From contig NW_024704743.1 of the NCBI RefSeq assembly GCF_018977255.1, forward strand, positions 108,006,001-108,070,000: a stretch of DNA of 64,000 bases, read 5' to 3'. Shown one piece after another: positions 12,601 through 27,768 of the stretch (the stretch's first letter is position 1; every line of letters begins with the position of its first letter). A program made the position numbers and the translations under genes. The notes beneath the pieces are model-generated. The model ran no database searches. It saw only the letters and a list, made by a program, of their open reading frames with translations, and was not told where the DNA came from. The DNA comes from Callorhinchus milii. Its lineage: Eukaryota.

Positions 12601-13874
12601 GGGGNAGAATTATTGCTGTTTATGGGTCATCTCTAGTATAAACGTGAGGCAGCATTTACCTACATAATGGTCATTTCCTCATTTCTAATTAACCTCATTC
12701 TGTGAATCACTTTATGAACTTCCATTAATCTGAAAGAAGCTATTGAATAGCATTTGAGAGCGCTTTTCACATCGCAAAAGTGCTTCACAGGATATACAAA
12801 AGTACAGTAACTATTTTGTAGGCAAAATAATTTATAAGAACCAATGCAGTCCACAGCACAAGAAAGAAGTCAACAACATTCTGGTATTTAGGAAGCATTT
12901 GTACAGAAACAAACAGTCGAGAGTCAAAGATTGTTATTTTATTTGGGTACAGATTACCCACAGTTGTAAGACTCGTGCAGCCATTTCCAAACAGTATTTA
13001 CCACAGAAATTATGCAGTGAAGGTTTTCCAATAGTTTGTAAAGAAGCCTTCAAAGTCTACAAGGTTCGGTAGGGTTCAAGGTACATTTCTGGCAAAGTTT
13101 TATCTTAGATTATAAAGTAAGATAATGCCAAGAATTATTACAAGACACTAAATCTCACAAAAGTGCAACAAACGTTATGCATTGCAATAGAATGGTTGAT
13201 TGACTGACCGCACGATTAAACGTGCTTGGCGAGAGCAAATTTTCAAAAGTGCTTTGAATCAAGTACCAGATCAATTGCTTCTTATTCCTCCAGTCATTTA
13301 GACTACCTTCATCCTGATGAGCATTATAGATAAATGCAACAAAGGAACAGTTTTATCAGAAAGCCTGCGGTCAACAGAGGAGGTCTTATAAAAACACTGT
13401 GCAACACCCTCACTTACCCACAAGTTTAAGTACACTGATGTTACGACCATATAAAGGGAACAAGAGTGCTTTGTTCATAAGAATGGGGGATGAACAAAAT
13501 GAGAAAGAGCTGAAAAACATTCATTGCATTGAAAGGAGAAAGTAATTGTGTAAGTAAAACTTAATTTTTTTTAATTCCATGTAGTAACGGAATGGATTCT
13601 TATTGAAATGCATTTGCTTGACAGTACATACTGCAATTTAACATATCCTTCCCAACTTCATTAACTACTGAGTAAGTACAGATCTTGTGCATCTACTATT
13701 ACAATAAACATTGAATTGTGAGCATGTATTATAAAAGCAAAATGCTGCAGGGATAGCGAGTAAAAGTGGGTATTTAAGATTCAGAAGGCCCGTTAAGTCC
13801 ATTTTGTCCTAAAAATTAAGATTGCACAGAAATTAAAATCATTCTCAATTTGGAGGCTGTTTTTTCATAGAAAT

Positions 13875-14212
13875 ATTAATCTTTGCAATTCATATAGTGC
13901 TTTATCAAATCTTCGAGACATCTAAAAGCGCTTCACAGAATATACTGTAAAGTGAATTTACAATTACGCAAGCAGTGTCCCACAAAAAGTCGTGGATTGG
14001 AGTGACAATTCATTATTATTATTTTTTGGAAGGAATTATTATCCCTGGAAAAGCGATCCGCCAATCGACTAACAACTGGGTTCTTAGTTACTGCTAAATA
14101 AACAGAAGTGTGTGGAAGAAGGAAACTCTCCCAACATTTCACCCTGCTGGGAATCGAACCCAGGTTTCTCGCTTGCAAGGTGAGTGCTCTAACCACTGAG
14201 CTACAGGACTCC
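13875..14212 (-). mobile_element. tRNA-derived SINE, long variant
   Basis: A box tagctcagtgg, B box ggttcgattcc, L2-like 3' tail. Confidence 0.9.
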
Positions 14213-15095
14213 ACTCCAAAGTTCAATATGGAAATTGCAATTAAAAGACAAATGGAGAAAACAGGGTTAAGATATGGGGTTTAACCTAAAGTATATTGGA
14301 TTTATATTACAGTAATAAAAATGGATGAACACTTGAAAGAGGTTAGCCCTATAATATTAAGTTTTGCTTCAGCAACACATTGAGCGAGCTAAAAATAGCA
14401 GCCAGTGAACATTAAAGCCAGTGGCGTTAAAGAGCAGATATAATGGGAGAACAAAGGGAAGAAGCCTGGATTACAGTATCTTCTCAAACATTCAGGAACT
14501 ATAAAATATACAAAGTACTTACTTCTAAGAAGTAGGTATCCTTCTTTCCCTCACCCCCCTTCTCTGCTCCATTTAATTTTAAAATGCAGTGCAACAAAGA
14601 TGCTACCTTAAGACTTTAAAGACCAAGCAAATGAGGTGCCGTAATGACAAAAGAAGTGTACATACCCCTATAGACAATATATTGAGTGATGGTATAAATC
14701 ATGTGAATAAATACTTTACGAGAGATGCTTATATTAAAATAGTTACCCAAGAATTCTGTTTTAATTCAGTTTTTTTTTAAAAAAGTCGCAAAAAACAATA
14801 ATAGCATTAGTTTTTAAACCAATAATAGCATCAAAAATTAAATATTTAAGTGTCCTATGCATTCCAATCAACAAAGGCGATATCCCAACATGCACAAAGC
14901 TTTAGTTTTGATTAACAAAACCAATAGTTGCTCGCTGTTCAATTCTAAAGTGCAATCATAATGCTATTGTACTTGAAGCACATCAGTTATTCCAATACAC
15001 TGTAGATGTGATCTCCTGGATGCCTGTCACAATGCGGGTCCAGTTGAAGGCGGTAGACTGCACAGTGGTGGCTTTCCACGTTTTTCGGGGCATGT

Positions 15096-15475
15096 TCAAT
15101 TCCTGCGACCTTTATCTTTCTCCTTTGTGGTGATTTTCATTTTCTTGAGAGGCCTATTGAGTACTTTCAACTCTTTACTTTTGACTTGCAACTTTTTTAC
15201 TGCTTTAGGCTCCTTATCAACTTTATTAGCCTTCTTCTTGGACTCCAACTTCCCCTTTCCTTCCTCATCCTTATCTTTCTTCCCCTTTTCTTTCTTGGTT
15301 TCAATTTTTCTCACCGGCTTTGCTTTCTTCACTGTATCTGCATTCAGCTCCGCCCTCTCTCTCCTGGTTTTCTTGGGCTTCTCTTCCTCAGTAGCTCTTA
15401 TAGTTGTGGGTTTCTTCTCTTTACTCATTTGGATTTTCTCTTTTGCCCTTTTAAGCTCTATCAATGTTGTCTTGA
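15096..15475 (-). CDS. ASPH: Junctin terminal exon, Lys/Glu-rich basic luminal tail (VKTTLIELKRAKEK...KDKGRRN*)
   Basis: First AG after the pyrimidine tract gives an in-frame phase-1 entry. KEKE-type composition; TGA at 15096. Exon 1a + 153 + 69 + 51 + 380 nt = 222-aa junctin. Confidence 0.9.
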
Positions 15476-18400
15476 CTTTGTTATTGTTTCAGGGAAGAGT
15501 AAAACGTAAATGAAAACTTTCACTTTGAAGAAAACTGCTCAAGGGTCACAAGATGATAAAGCTATTTTACGCTCAAAGGGAATTTAAAAAAATAAAAAGA
15601 ATTGTGGGGAAATGTGCCAGCTGGATCCGAACCCGGCTTGAACTGAAAAACTGTTATTTCCAGAGTATATTATAGATGTGAGAACAAACAGCCCAATGAT
15701 TGGAAATCACACTCACAAGGATCAGACTTCATAAGGATGTGTGAAGCAGCAAGTGGAAATTGCAGACTGGTAATAGCTGGTGATGGGTAGGTGGTGGGGG
15801 GGGGAGGAGGAGTAGGAAAGAGGGGTATTTGAATGAGCAGAGTAGAGTGGGGTGGTTACGATATACGTGGAGTAGTATAAAATGTGGTTCATGGCCGAAA
15901 ATAAGTCAAGATAAAAATGCTTAATTCATCAGTGCTGATTGCTCTCTCATCTGAAGAAGCACAGAATCCAGTGGTGATTAAAATACTTTCGTAACATATT
16001 TGGATTATTGGACAAAAGATGTGTCATCAAAAAAATTGTCTTCCATGGGGCCAAAAATGGAAAGGCATAAATGGAAATAAAAGCTTGTAAACCAGTATTA
16101 GATATGGAATTAGGTTAATAAAGAACTTCCAACTTGATGAGAATGTGATACAGTGGGCACGGAAAATTGGTGTTGCAGTCTTACCCTTGTATTTTTAAAG
16201 CCTGGAAGACCATATTGATCCAACAAGTAAAAGAATGTACAATTCGCATACTATCTGCTGTGCAAATACTAAGAAATCTCTGCTGCCAAGGATTCAAAAT
16301 TCATGTGGAGTTAGATTTACATGGAATGAATAGCCATGTATTAATGTTTTAACATTTATAAATATCAAGTTGCACAGCTCTCAAACCAGCAAGTGGTGCC
16401 ATAATCAATACATTACAAGTACAGCATCTACAATTAAATTCATGGAATTTTATTAGTTATGTTTCAAAATTAACTCTTCACCTTAATATCAGGAAGTTTA
16501 TGAAGTTTATCATGTCACTTAAACTAAAGAGCATTGTGTTAAAAAGACCTTCAGAAAAAAATTCGGAGGGGCAGAGCAAGTGGTCTTTCAATTTAGTCTA
16601 GATTAGGAAAACTATTTTCTTGTAACTTTTTTTTGGTTATGAGGAAAATCAACTTCCAAATCAAAGCAGAGTTCCTCAGAAACATAACCAAAAAGACAAC
16701 GGTCTTCAACCTAACATGAGAAATTTCAGCCCCGCCACCCGTAACAGTAAATGGAATTCCCCACCAGTAAGCGTTCTGATCATTTAGAAACCGCACTACG
16801 TATTTCAAAGAGAAAACAAAGAAATATGAAGCCATGTTTGTAGCAAATAGTTAGGTAACTGCTGCTGGTGTACAAAATGCATGAAATTAGTTAATATTAA
16901 TAGGCTCTCAAACCCCAGAGTTATGGTTAAATCAATACGGAATTCGGTGAAAAGCAAAGCACGTCATCCACTTCATCAAACTGTTCTCTCTATTAGATTA
17001 CCACCTCCAAACGAATGCTGCCAGGTTAATGGAGAGCATAGTGCAAACAAACACTGTGTAAATTTGCTTGTAAAGATCAAATCCAAAACATTCCGAACAC
17101 AGCAACATGCAACACTTTTGAGGCTTTGATCAACAAGTTCCTAAAAGCAGCATCTTCCACACTTTCCTGTTTATACAGTTTTAAAGTTTGCAATGATCAT
17201 TTTTATTAAAGTTAGTAAATGCACAGAAAACAGGTTTCGCAAGAACTACTGCATGAACCAATACAGCTCAGATTGATGCATTACTCAACAAAATAATGCA
17301 TATCTGCTCCCAACCCCAATGGTCCCATTACTCAAACGCCTTAACCCAAATAATATAACTGCATTCTTTCTTGACCACTTGAGATTTTTTTTAGTGTTCT
17401 ATGCATATATTGAGAGGTGCAATGTATATGGTGCTCAGAAAGTCAAAGATTATCAATTTTCTAATGCTAAATTCCTAAACTGGGATTGTGAGGAACTAAG
17501 CCACCCCCAGAAAAGCTCACTGGCAAAATGTTTTGAGTGGTCAACTCCAAATAATGCAATTCCTCTTCTGAATGGATGGAGTCATCATGAATCTTGTGGT
17601 CATGAAAGTTTGAACTCATACCCACAGATTACCTGGATCTAGTGTAGCAAATTGAGATCAGATAAGATTGCACGGATTAATGTGATGCCTAATAGAAATC
17701 CGTCTACCCGTAAGCTATTAAGTTCTGAAAATATTTTCATAGTAGACAACTCAATGTTAGCTAAATAAAAGAAAAAAACTACTAGCAGTATATTCAGAAG
17801 GTACAAAACTCTGATCTAACCTGCAATTTTCACCATCACCTCTGAAAGGAATTCCCCCACTGGCGAGCTAATCCTGGAGCAACAGTTGGCACTCAACATC
17901 TAAAATATCAAACCTCTGGGATCAGCCAGATGGACATTCTGATAAACTCTACATAGGAGTTGAACTGCTTCCTCTATTAATATTTCAACCCAGCACTAAA
18001 CTACTACCTGTCACCCCATCGACTTTGGCTTCAATGTTGAAGCACACTTTACAAACGTACTGATTTTACTGGTACAGCGAACAGCTGCACTCATCGTCTG
18101 GTCAATCTAATAAATTTGATATTGTTGTATCATCTTTTATACTGTAGAAAATATAGTAACCAATGGGGGGAAAATAGCAACTAAGCCACTGCTTCAAGAT
18201 CAACAGATACATCCAGATATGACTAATAGATATATCCAGATTACAACAAAAATGACTGGCTACATCAATCCAATCAGATATCAGCACTGAAGATATCCAT
18301 CCCAACCACAAGATTAAACCCTGGCTAACTAATTAGTTGCACATCAGATGTCAAGATCAATACCAAAAATAGCTGAAATTTAGCTAGTTTTTTTAAATTA

Positions 18401-19022
18401 TATAAAACCTCCTTTGGGATTTCCTGAGATTAGTGGAACACTGCATCTGCAAATCAGAGGTCTTCATTTCAGTAAATGAAATGGATATGCTCCAATAGTT
18501 GGTCTGTTTGCAGAATTCATTTCTGCCAAAACATAGCCTGATCCGTCTGTGTACAAACCAGCTACATTCATATACCCTTTATAGTCATTTCACTGCGTGC
18601 CAGTTGCTGATCAAGCAAATACTTCCTTCCTGGAGTTCATGTAGCGCTTAAGCAACTGGAACACATAACGGCACATTTCACAGTCAAAATGCTCAGTTAC
18701 CCTTCTGCTGAAACACCTTGCAAAGCCCGACACAATATTTAACTAACTAACGTACAGAAACTTCCCACAACTTCGAATATATACATTTTTTAAATTATAT
18801 TACCAATCAGAATTGGCACCATCACAAATCATAAAAATAATCCAAATAATTAAATGACAGTCTATTTATCAAACGGAACCTGGAGGAAAATGCTTCAAAG
18901 AATTCTCTGCACAAGGGATTTTTCTTAAAAAAAGAAAATGCATAATTAAATGCCCATATTCATGCATTCTATGCCTTCACACCAACCAAGCTCAGCCAAC
19001 AAACCAAGCTTGCACAAGATAC

Positions 19023-19073
19023 CTTTTGCCTTGGCTTTTTCTTTTGCTTTCAATTTTCCTCCTGGTTCCTCCT
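19023..19073 (-). CDS. ASPH: Junctin-specific penultimate exon (EEEPGGKLKAKEKAKAK)
   Basis: tcag| acceptor, G|gtatct donor, 51 nt, phase 1-1. Similar to recalled junctin EGPSGVAKRKTKAK. Confidence 0.85.
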
Positions 19074-22000
19074 CTGATAGTCACAAGAAGGAAAGACATT
19101 CTAAAATAGTCTAAAAACTCATGTTATACAAGATAGTTACCCAGTACCATTATTACTCGCTCAATGGTAAATCATAACCTACCATAAACATGGTCACAAA
19201 CTGAGGCACACCCATTCAATTAAGTGTTTAAGAATAAGGCCAAACAGGATCCTGGTTTGGCTTTGACAATGCAATGCGCTTTATCCAATTGCAAGATTAT
19301 AAATTCACACAATGCCCTAAAATGATCCAAATTGTACTCAGAATTGTAATACTTTGTTGCATTTCCTTCAGAGTTGATAAATGCATAATCATTTTAATAT
19401 AAATAATAATCCTTGGATTTGATATAGCGCTTTTCACGTATACCATCCATAATTGGTTGGTGAGTTGATTTTAACAGATTGATAACAATGGAGCTAGGTT
19501 AAATTAAATAGCCGTCAATCAAGGACTGATTCACAAGACAAATGTTCAATGCCACAGCTCTGGTTTCGCAGATACTGTCATTGAGAACAGGGGCAGGGAA
19601 AGTCTACCTTCAGCATATCTGGATGCACGTTGATGTGTTAAATATTGAAATCATCACTAAACTGGCTCAACTGTGTACTATTGTCCTGTAACAAGAGGAC
19701 ACCAAAGTAGCTCATTGAGTTTCCCCAGAGAATAGCTGGGTCATATAGTCGCGTATGTGTGTGGTGGTGGTGGGGGAGGGGGGAGAAAGAGGAGAAAAAG
19801 AGGTGGTTGAGGCCTCAGAGCCTTAGGTTTGGGGGGGGGGGTGTCAGGAAAGGGGTGGTGAACTGCATATGCTCACCTCCTAGCAGAGATGAGCAAGTGC
19901 AGTTGTCAGATGAAGACAGTTTTCTGCTGATTACACCTCACACCCTCCAGTCGAATAGCTCCTGATACTCCACAATGAAACTCACAAAAAAAGATTGGAA
20001 CTTAAGTGAATGCCTGAGAGATAAGCTCATCTTGTGGAAACATAGCGAGCTCAAATACTCCAAGGCTGCTCCAAAATTAACCTTTGAGTCATGTCAATGA
20101 AAAGATTACAACAGAAAGCAATTCTTCCAGCACAGCATATAAATGAACACCCTTCTTCAAATAGTCTGCTGCACATATTCCGGTGTGCATTAAATGCTAT
20201 CTACTCAAAGTGGACAGTGGACTTTGAACAAATCACTAACAATGCACAAATTCTTTTTTTTAAAAAACAAACTATTGTGACATGCTGAGTTCTGGCTAAA
20301 TGCCGCATGCTGAGGTTTAAACAAATAAACCAAATGATGAAATGCAAAGAGCAGCTTTATTAGTCAAACTTTTGCCAGAATATCTACATGTTAAAAGTGA
20401 CGGAGCAGAGAAAATATTAAAGAAATACCTCATGCCAAACAACTGAATTCAGCCCATTTAAGACCTTTACATGTACTGCAAAAAGTATTTTCAAGATCCC
20501 AGATCCACATCAAGTCTTGGGGTAGAAAAACACTTACAATTTAAAAAAATATATAAAACATATGCAATTATGAGTTACTTCAAGACGAATACCACAACAC
20601 ACCACTATGCAGGCAACTTTTTTTTTACCAGCGTATGACACCATATGCTGCACAGACTTTCAACTCTATAATAAATTACAGGACTTCTCAGTCAATAACA
20701 GCCGACTAAAATAAAATCAATGTTAAAAAAGACTCCAAGATGGATACGTGGGTGAAATGTGAATCACATACATTAGGATTCAAGAAAAAAACATGCATCA
20801 ATTTTCATCAGTAAGAAATAATGCCTTAGATTAATTAACAGTACAAAGTGGATTACTTGCTGCTGCAGGTTAACCTGTTTAAAATGATGCAACACATAGA
20901 AATTGGGAGACCTCTCTCACATCACAGAGCTTTTCACCAAATTGTGAGACACGGTTGACAAAAATGTATGAACCAAGAAAGAAAGGTTCTTTAATTCAAA
21001 GATTTCAGATAAAAGGCTTATTTTACAGCTGTCCCCCTCCTCATGAATTTACAGGCGCTGTCATCCATTGCTGCATCTGCTACTTTCACTTACACAAACA
21101 AGCAGATCTGCTCAAATGTTAACAGTTTGATATAGAATCTAAACGGACCACAACTTCAGTTTGCCATAGATGCAAAATCATGCAAATGATGAAAACTATG
21201 TGTACGGAGTAAGCAATGGTGTAGACTCATGGGGAGTATAAACACTCACATGGACTGGTAGGGCCAAGTTGCCCATCTCCATGCTGTACATTCTTTGTAA
21301 TCTTTGAAGTATTAACACAAAAAGTTGATCCAGCCCATCTCCTATGTACCATGCTGGGTGTAGACTATTTTTCATCATTTATCCAGGTATCCCACATTGA
21401 CAGCTGCACTCTACTCTAGGGTAAAGCATATTGGTACTTATTCTGCCGTGGCACAGGCTACTTTGAACTTGTGATAAATTGCTATACAGGCTTCTCCAAA
21501 TTTTCCAGTATACCAATGCAGCCGTGTATTCACACAAACCTGCAAGTCTCTTTAACATCTATCATTAACATATATTGAAACTAAATGGTTGCTGAAACGT
21601 TTCACAGAAAGCTGGGGTTCAGGCTGAAGCAGTTTCCTCCCCCCCTCACAGCAAATAAAATTGAAGTGAAAGTAGGATACTGTTATACAAGATTCCAGAA
21701 ACCAAAACATAAACAGAATTAATAGTTTTCAACAAAAAATGACAATGTTAATAAATTTACTAAATTATACAGATGCCCTTTTACCTGTGTGAAAGGATTA
21801 AAATACATTCCAGCTATCAAACAATGCAGAAAAGTGGATTGTACTTGCAACATAATGAAGCAGCTATTTTTTTATATGTATACCCAACTGCATGCTTTTA
21901 TTCCATTAAATTGAAAATAGCCTAATGAATGCATCGAAGAGTAATTACAATGACCCAAGGCATACTTCAACCTCTAATAAATTAACACTAGTTATGAGAG

Positions 22001-23756
22001 CAAATTCACACATGCAGATATTTCATCAATTTCTGGGATAAGCGGTTTTGTTCTTTTGGGAAAGTAATTTATCCAGAATATGTAAAGGGATTTATTACAT
22101 TTTTATTGTGGTCGGTCCTTCTTGAAAATCATACTTATGAAATAACTCACGATTAATGAATGTGTGAACGTTTGGATCTTTAGTAAAATGATCCCTTAAG
22201 TTGCTGTTTGTTTAATTCTCCACTGAACTGTATCACTCTGACCCTCCACATACAGTACAACAAACACTGCATTCAATTTGTTTTTCAAAATTAGGTCTGA
22301 AAGCATCCATCACATCATTACACACTGGACACATGCAGCATTCTTCCAAGTAGGGCAAGGAACATTTTAAAAGAAAAATGAGATTCTGTTACATATTTCA
22401 TCAAGCTTTTGCTGCCCGAGGCTGCTCTGTAATATTGCAATGATTGCTAAAAAAGTTCACAGTTTTTTTGTTTTCTTCCCCCTTTGTCTCATTTTTAAAT
22501 CCTAGGACAAGAATGCCATTTTAGGTCTATTATCTTAATTGATTAAATCTGCAACTGCTCTCTGATACCTGGCAACAATCAGTAACTATTCAAATTAAAA
22601 TCACACTTAGAATAGAATACAAATGTTGCAGAACTACATTTATTTTCCTTTCAGCTTTGGAAATGTCTAAATTGTTGCAGATTCTAAAAACAAAGATAGG
22701 CCTTCCTTTTTAAAAAAACAAATCAAGTCCAAAGAAAAAGTTTTGATGTGAGTGCTCAATCAAGGAAGATACTGAATAATATGCCAAGGTTTGAATTTAC
22801 CTTTCAAAAGAATGAGTAATGCAACTAACCGTGTGCAATTCAAAGCTGTTTCTTCACCTATGAATAAGGTCAACCAAAATCTAATCTTTACATTTTGTTT
22901 ATTTTGTATAATTTTCAAAGGACCTGGAATTAATTCAAAAATATTACACAATATTAGACATGCCCATTTAGTCAAGACAGTTTCTAAAGCAAAGGTACAA
23001 AACATGCAGATTTCTCAGAGTATTATCAGAAAATAGTGATTAAATTGCTCATATACAGCACAAAAACATAATACAACTCAGTAAATTATTTACATTTAAA
23101 GCTTCAGCTATACAAAAAGTATTTATCGAATGCAGCAAGCATGCAATCTCCTTTGTATTATTCATGGACATGTAACCATTTCAAGCTGAAGTTAATACAA
23201 ATTGGTAGCGCTTCATCATTAACAAACCAATTTGACATCAAATACTGAGAGCTCTCTACTGGTTAACACACCAGGTGCACAAATGAACAAATACATCAAT
23301 CCGACTGCACAAAAGCAGACAAAAACTAAAATTACACAAATGTGTAAGTGTTTACCTCTCTCAGTGTATACAACCACAGAAAGATATCTACGGATCTTAA
23401 AACCCATCTAAGTTACAACAAGTTTTCATAGCAGCAAAAGGTCTATTTGTGTTTGAATTAACTAAGATGGTTGACAATATTTTGCTACCATCTATCAGGA
23501 TCATGTTTAGCATCACAATCCTGGACAGGTGTTGTGCTAATTCTCAGTAACCAAATGGCAAAACACCTTAATCTCAATAGACTGCCATTTTTTTCAGACC
23601 TAAATCTTCTCATTAAAGAAAAAGCATTTACATGTTTTATATTTGAGACATTCTCCTGGCGTGAAAGGCGTTATACAAATGTATTTGTTGTTGTTGTATT
23701 TATATATACTTTGCAGTTTTTTCCCCCCCACTTCTTGTAGGATTTCAGAATGACTG

Positions 23757-24001
23757 CTACTGGTTCTGTAAATCCAATATTACACAAGTCTCTTTTCCCT
23801 GAACCCCTTCGTTCTGTGACGTACCAGCAACATCCTTGGAAGCTTCGTTTTCTTCATCTTCTAGTATTTCAAAAGGGGTCATTACATCAAACAGAAAGGA
23901 GAAGAAACCATAAGCCCAATCTGAGGTTTCCTCCGCTATAGTATCTAGGACTTCCTCGAGTGTATCAATTTGGTCATTATTACCATCACCTTTGGTGAGG
24001 C
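23757..24001 (-). CDS. ASPH: ASPH alternative triadin-like exon, terminal form (GLTKGDGNNDQ...EETSDWAYGFFSFLFDVMTPFE...CVILDLQNQ*)
   Basis: gtag| acceptor after a long pyrimidine tract, in frame with the 69-nt exon, TAG stop at 23757. An internal G|gtacgt donor at 23825 gives a 177-nt symmetric exon. Confidence 0.9.
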
Positions 24002-25554
24002 CTACACAGGGATAAAAAGGGGAAGGAAAAAAAGGAGAGAAAAGGGAGAGGTGGTCAGACAGAAATGGAAAAACAATCACAGGACAGCGGGTGCTATATG
24101 TCGGGGCCCTACATTTCATCAGCTCAGATATCTAAAGGCAGTTGTAGATTGCAATTTTTTTAAATAAATGCTCCAGCAGACAGTCACATTATTGCTCATT
24201 ACATATAGAATTCTGGTTCTTCCTCCTCCTTGCATGCGCACACACAAGACTGAGGCATAATATTCTGAACTATAGTCAGGACAACGATTCCATTACCCAA
24301 TTAGCAACATTGGAACACTTTTGTCAGCACATACGTTTCAGAGCCCAAAGATGTATTAACACAAGACCAGAATTCTATTTCTGAGACAAAAACATATATT
24401 ATAAAGTATACAAATTGATATGAATCCTCCTCTCCACCCCCCGCCCCCTCCCAAGCTCCTGTGGCGCATGCATTGCAACATGCAAAATTTAGGTGGTTAT
24501 AATTTTATGATAATAGTTTATAGAAACATTTAAAACACAAAAAGGCTCATTATGTAACCAACAGGACATTGTTAAGATCAAGTCCAAAATGTAATTCATG
24601 TTTGGGGAATGGGAGTTCAATGCCTCTTAAAACTGAAGCTGGTCAAAATGTAATTAAAAACTGCATGTGAGGACACCGACATAAGCACACCATAAGATTG
24701 TATCTGAAAAGAGATTTGCTGAATGTTCGCTCCAGTCCTAGAAGGAACAGAGGTTATAGAACAAAGGCAGAAAAATAAGTCAAGATGAAAGGTTACAAAT
24801 ACACATCTGCCTGCACACAGCAAGAATAGTTTTAGGTCACCTTATTAGAACATTATCCCCCTAATTATATACCCTAATTGTCCAATACAGTTTTAACCTT
24901 CAAGGATTTGAGACAAACACATTTGTTATACTACTTATTTGAGAGATGGCTTAATATAATAATCCTTGCATTTCTTCATAATGCAGTTCTCAATATTAAA
25001 AATATTAAGAATTGTGTGCATACAATGTGCAAACTGCATGACAAAATGGATACTTTCATTGGCAACATTAATGTAATAATGCCCGCTAGGTAAAATATGT
25101 GAAACAAATGTGCTCAATTATCACACCAGGAAAAAAATTCTACTTCCAAAACACATTATGCAACAAACTTGCAAAACTGATCTGTGAACTTGAAGACTGC
25201 ATCAGGAATACAAGAAAACTATATGGGGTTTGGTTATGGTCAAGTGAAATTACTAACTTCAATTACACATGTACTACACTTCAGTTCCTTCCATATAAAT
25301 CAGCTCAGTGAAACAGAAGTTTCTTAGAATTCGCATTGTCTTAATTACCTATGAAAATTAATCGAGAATTTCATTCACAATTTGTAACAAAATTAAAGTG
25401 TGTTTTGATAACAATGCTGATGGTTCAGGAAATCTTGATCGTTGGAGGGTTTGACATTCTACTCTTGGGTTTGATTCTGTATTCAATTGTTCCTAATACA
25501 CTAATCTCTGTATTTCTTACACCACTCTAACCCCACTACCTGCAAACGCACACT

Positions 25555-25633
25555 TGCGCGCGCGCGCACACACACACACACACACACAAACAGATACGAA
25601 ACGCACAAAAACAAGCATTACACACACACACAC
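25555..25633. repeat. (GC)n(CA)n microsatellite
   Basis: tgcgcgcgcgcgcacacaca... followed by a second CA run. Confidence 0.85.
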
Positions 25634-25654
25634 AAATCAACAAACACCCAAACA

Positions 25655-26120
25655 AAAACAACAACAAAATTACATTTATAGAGCGCCTTTCACGTCGGGA
25701 GGACGTCCCAAAGCGCTGAACAGTCAGGGGTCGGGGCCTGAGCATGGGGGAGGGGTGGTGTAGGGGTGAGGGAAGGCAGAGAGGTGGGAGGGAGAAGGGA
25801 CTTGAGTCCAGCCTTGAAGGAGGCAAGGGAGGAAGCGAGGCAAAGGGACTATGGGATGGAGTTCCAGAGTGTGGGGGCAGAGAGGCTGAAGGGAAGACCG
25901 ATGAGGAGGGAGTTCCCGTAATCAAGCCTTGTGGTGACGAATGTGTGGGTGAGGATTTCGGTAGCCTGAGGGGTGAGGCAGTGGTGGAGTCTGGCAATAT
26001 TGTGGAGGTGATGGTAGGCAGTACCGGTCATGGCGCGGATGTGGGGGAGAAAAGACAGTTCAGGGTCAAACAAGACACCCAGGTTCCTGACTGGCTTAGT
26101 GAGGTACACTCTCAGACACA
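25655..26120 (-). mobile_element. 5'-truncated L2 LINE with internal deletion
   Basis: VRNLGVLFDPELSF...RLDYGNSLL peptide and the family 3' tail. Confidence 0.85.
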
Positions 26121-27768
26121 AACACAGGAGTGGGTCTCAGTTTCTTACCATAAATTACTTTAGAAATAACTCCATTCAAATAGTGACTACCTCATTCAAG
26201 ACTCAGCAATGATGGAGCCTCCAATGCTCTTAGGATCCACTTTCATTTCTTCAGATCTCAGTTCCTCAGCTTCTCCTGAAAGTTATGTGGTTCTGCAACT
26301 TTCACTAAATATCTGCACACTGTATCAACCTTCATATTCCTTCTTGTAAATGTACATGCTTTATCCCTGCTGTACTTTGTTCTGAATGCAATTAAGAGTT
26401 TTTAATATATATGTATCAAGATAAAATAATCTTGCAACAATTGTTTAAACTTATTTTGTAAATCCCAGATTAGAAATAATCTGTTTTGGAATGCAAAATA
26501 AAAAGATAACATTTTGGAAGTTGAAAATGTCACTAATGGAAATATTAAAGAAATTCTGAGAATTTAATTGAATATATACAGTCCGGACCAGGTATAATGC
26601 GGCATTTTGGGCCTATATTTTTTTTAAAAAAAACAGTGTTACCACCAGTCTCACTTCTAAGTCATCAGGTTATCACACTTCTGGTGGGGGCTGGAAATCA
26701 GCTAGTCGGAAAAGGAATGTGAACTGTACTTCCAGTAACTAATGCTATAAGCAGACTTGTCTTCCAGCGCAGTAAGTTATAATGGAGTAGCACCCTACAG
26801 ATACTTTTAGATATATTTTCAATCAATAATGAAAAGAATGTATTTTTAAATAATTTGGTTCATCGTCTAGTGCCAATGCTAAAAAAAATTGATTGACCAT
26901 TTTCATTCAGTGGAAATGCTATATTGCTATCATCGCAAATACAATAAATCTACCGAATCTTCTCCATTAAATGGGTGTACTCAGTCACAAATTAATTCAA
27001 TGCAAATCATATTTTAATGTTCAAACACAACACCTCCGAAGCTTTAGTTAAATGTGCAACTCACTGGATTCTCACCTTGGCAAATAGAGGAATTCCCAGG
27101 ATTATGCCAACTCCCTCTCAGCCTGAATGCAAAACGCAGAATATAAAGGAAAAGGAGGGAAATTTTAAATGTTTTATACTTTTCTTCCTTTAGCCTGTGC
27201 AAAGAGATTGATGATTGCAATGAGTGAATGAATACAAGGAAATCAACGAGGCACAATAACAAAAGTATGTAGTTGTGCACAGGGACACTTCACATGTTGT
27301 ATTTTTTATAATGGCAGTTTGTACAAACACTTCTGTAAAAAAAACACGGAGATTTTTTTAAAAAACTTTCATTTTGAACTGTAATAAAGGTTAGTGAAGG
27401 TAACACTGATTACCCAAGATACTTCTTGTAATACATAAATTCGGTGTACACTTAAGGAATTGAGATTAAAAGACTGAACATTTTTGAAGGTGCCTTCATT
27501 GATGTGAAAGTACCTTTCATGTCAGGGGTAAGTCTCAAGGGGAAGGGTACGTTTCAACTGACTGAATATTTTGTAGACTAAATGTCTTAATTAGGATATC
27601 AATTCAGAATGTACAGTGAAACCAAGTTATAAAGCATTCAGCTGGGTCCAAACTCTCACCAACCACATCATAAGCGACATGTGGAAAAGCACCCAACTTC
27701 CAGGTGGTCAGTGAAGTCATTTCCTTCACGCATATCTGGTGAGTATATCACTTCCTGCATCTCGGAGT

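Noticed and set aside
15127..15513. Hydrophobic + strand ORFs of 128 and 107 aa
   Set aside because: Antisense shadow of the Lys/Glu-rich junctin exon.
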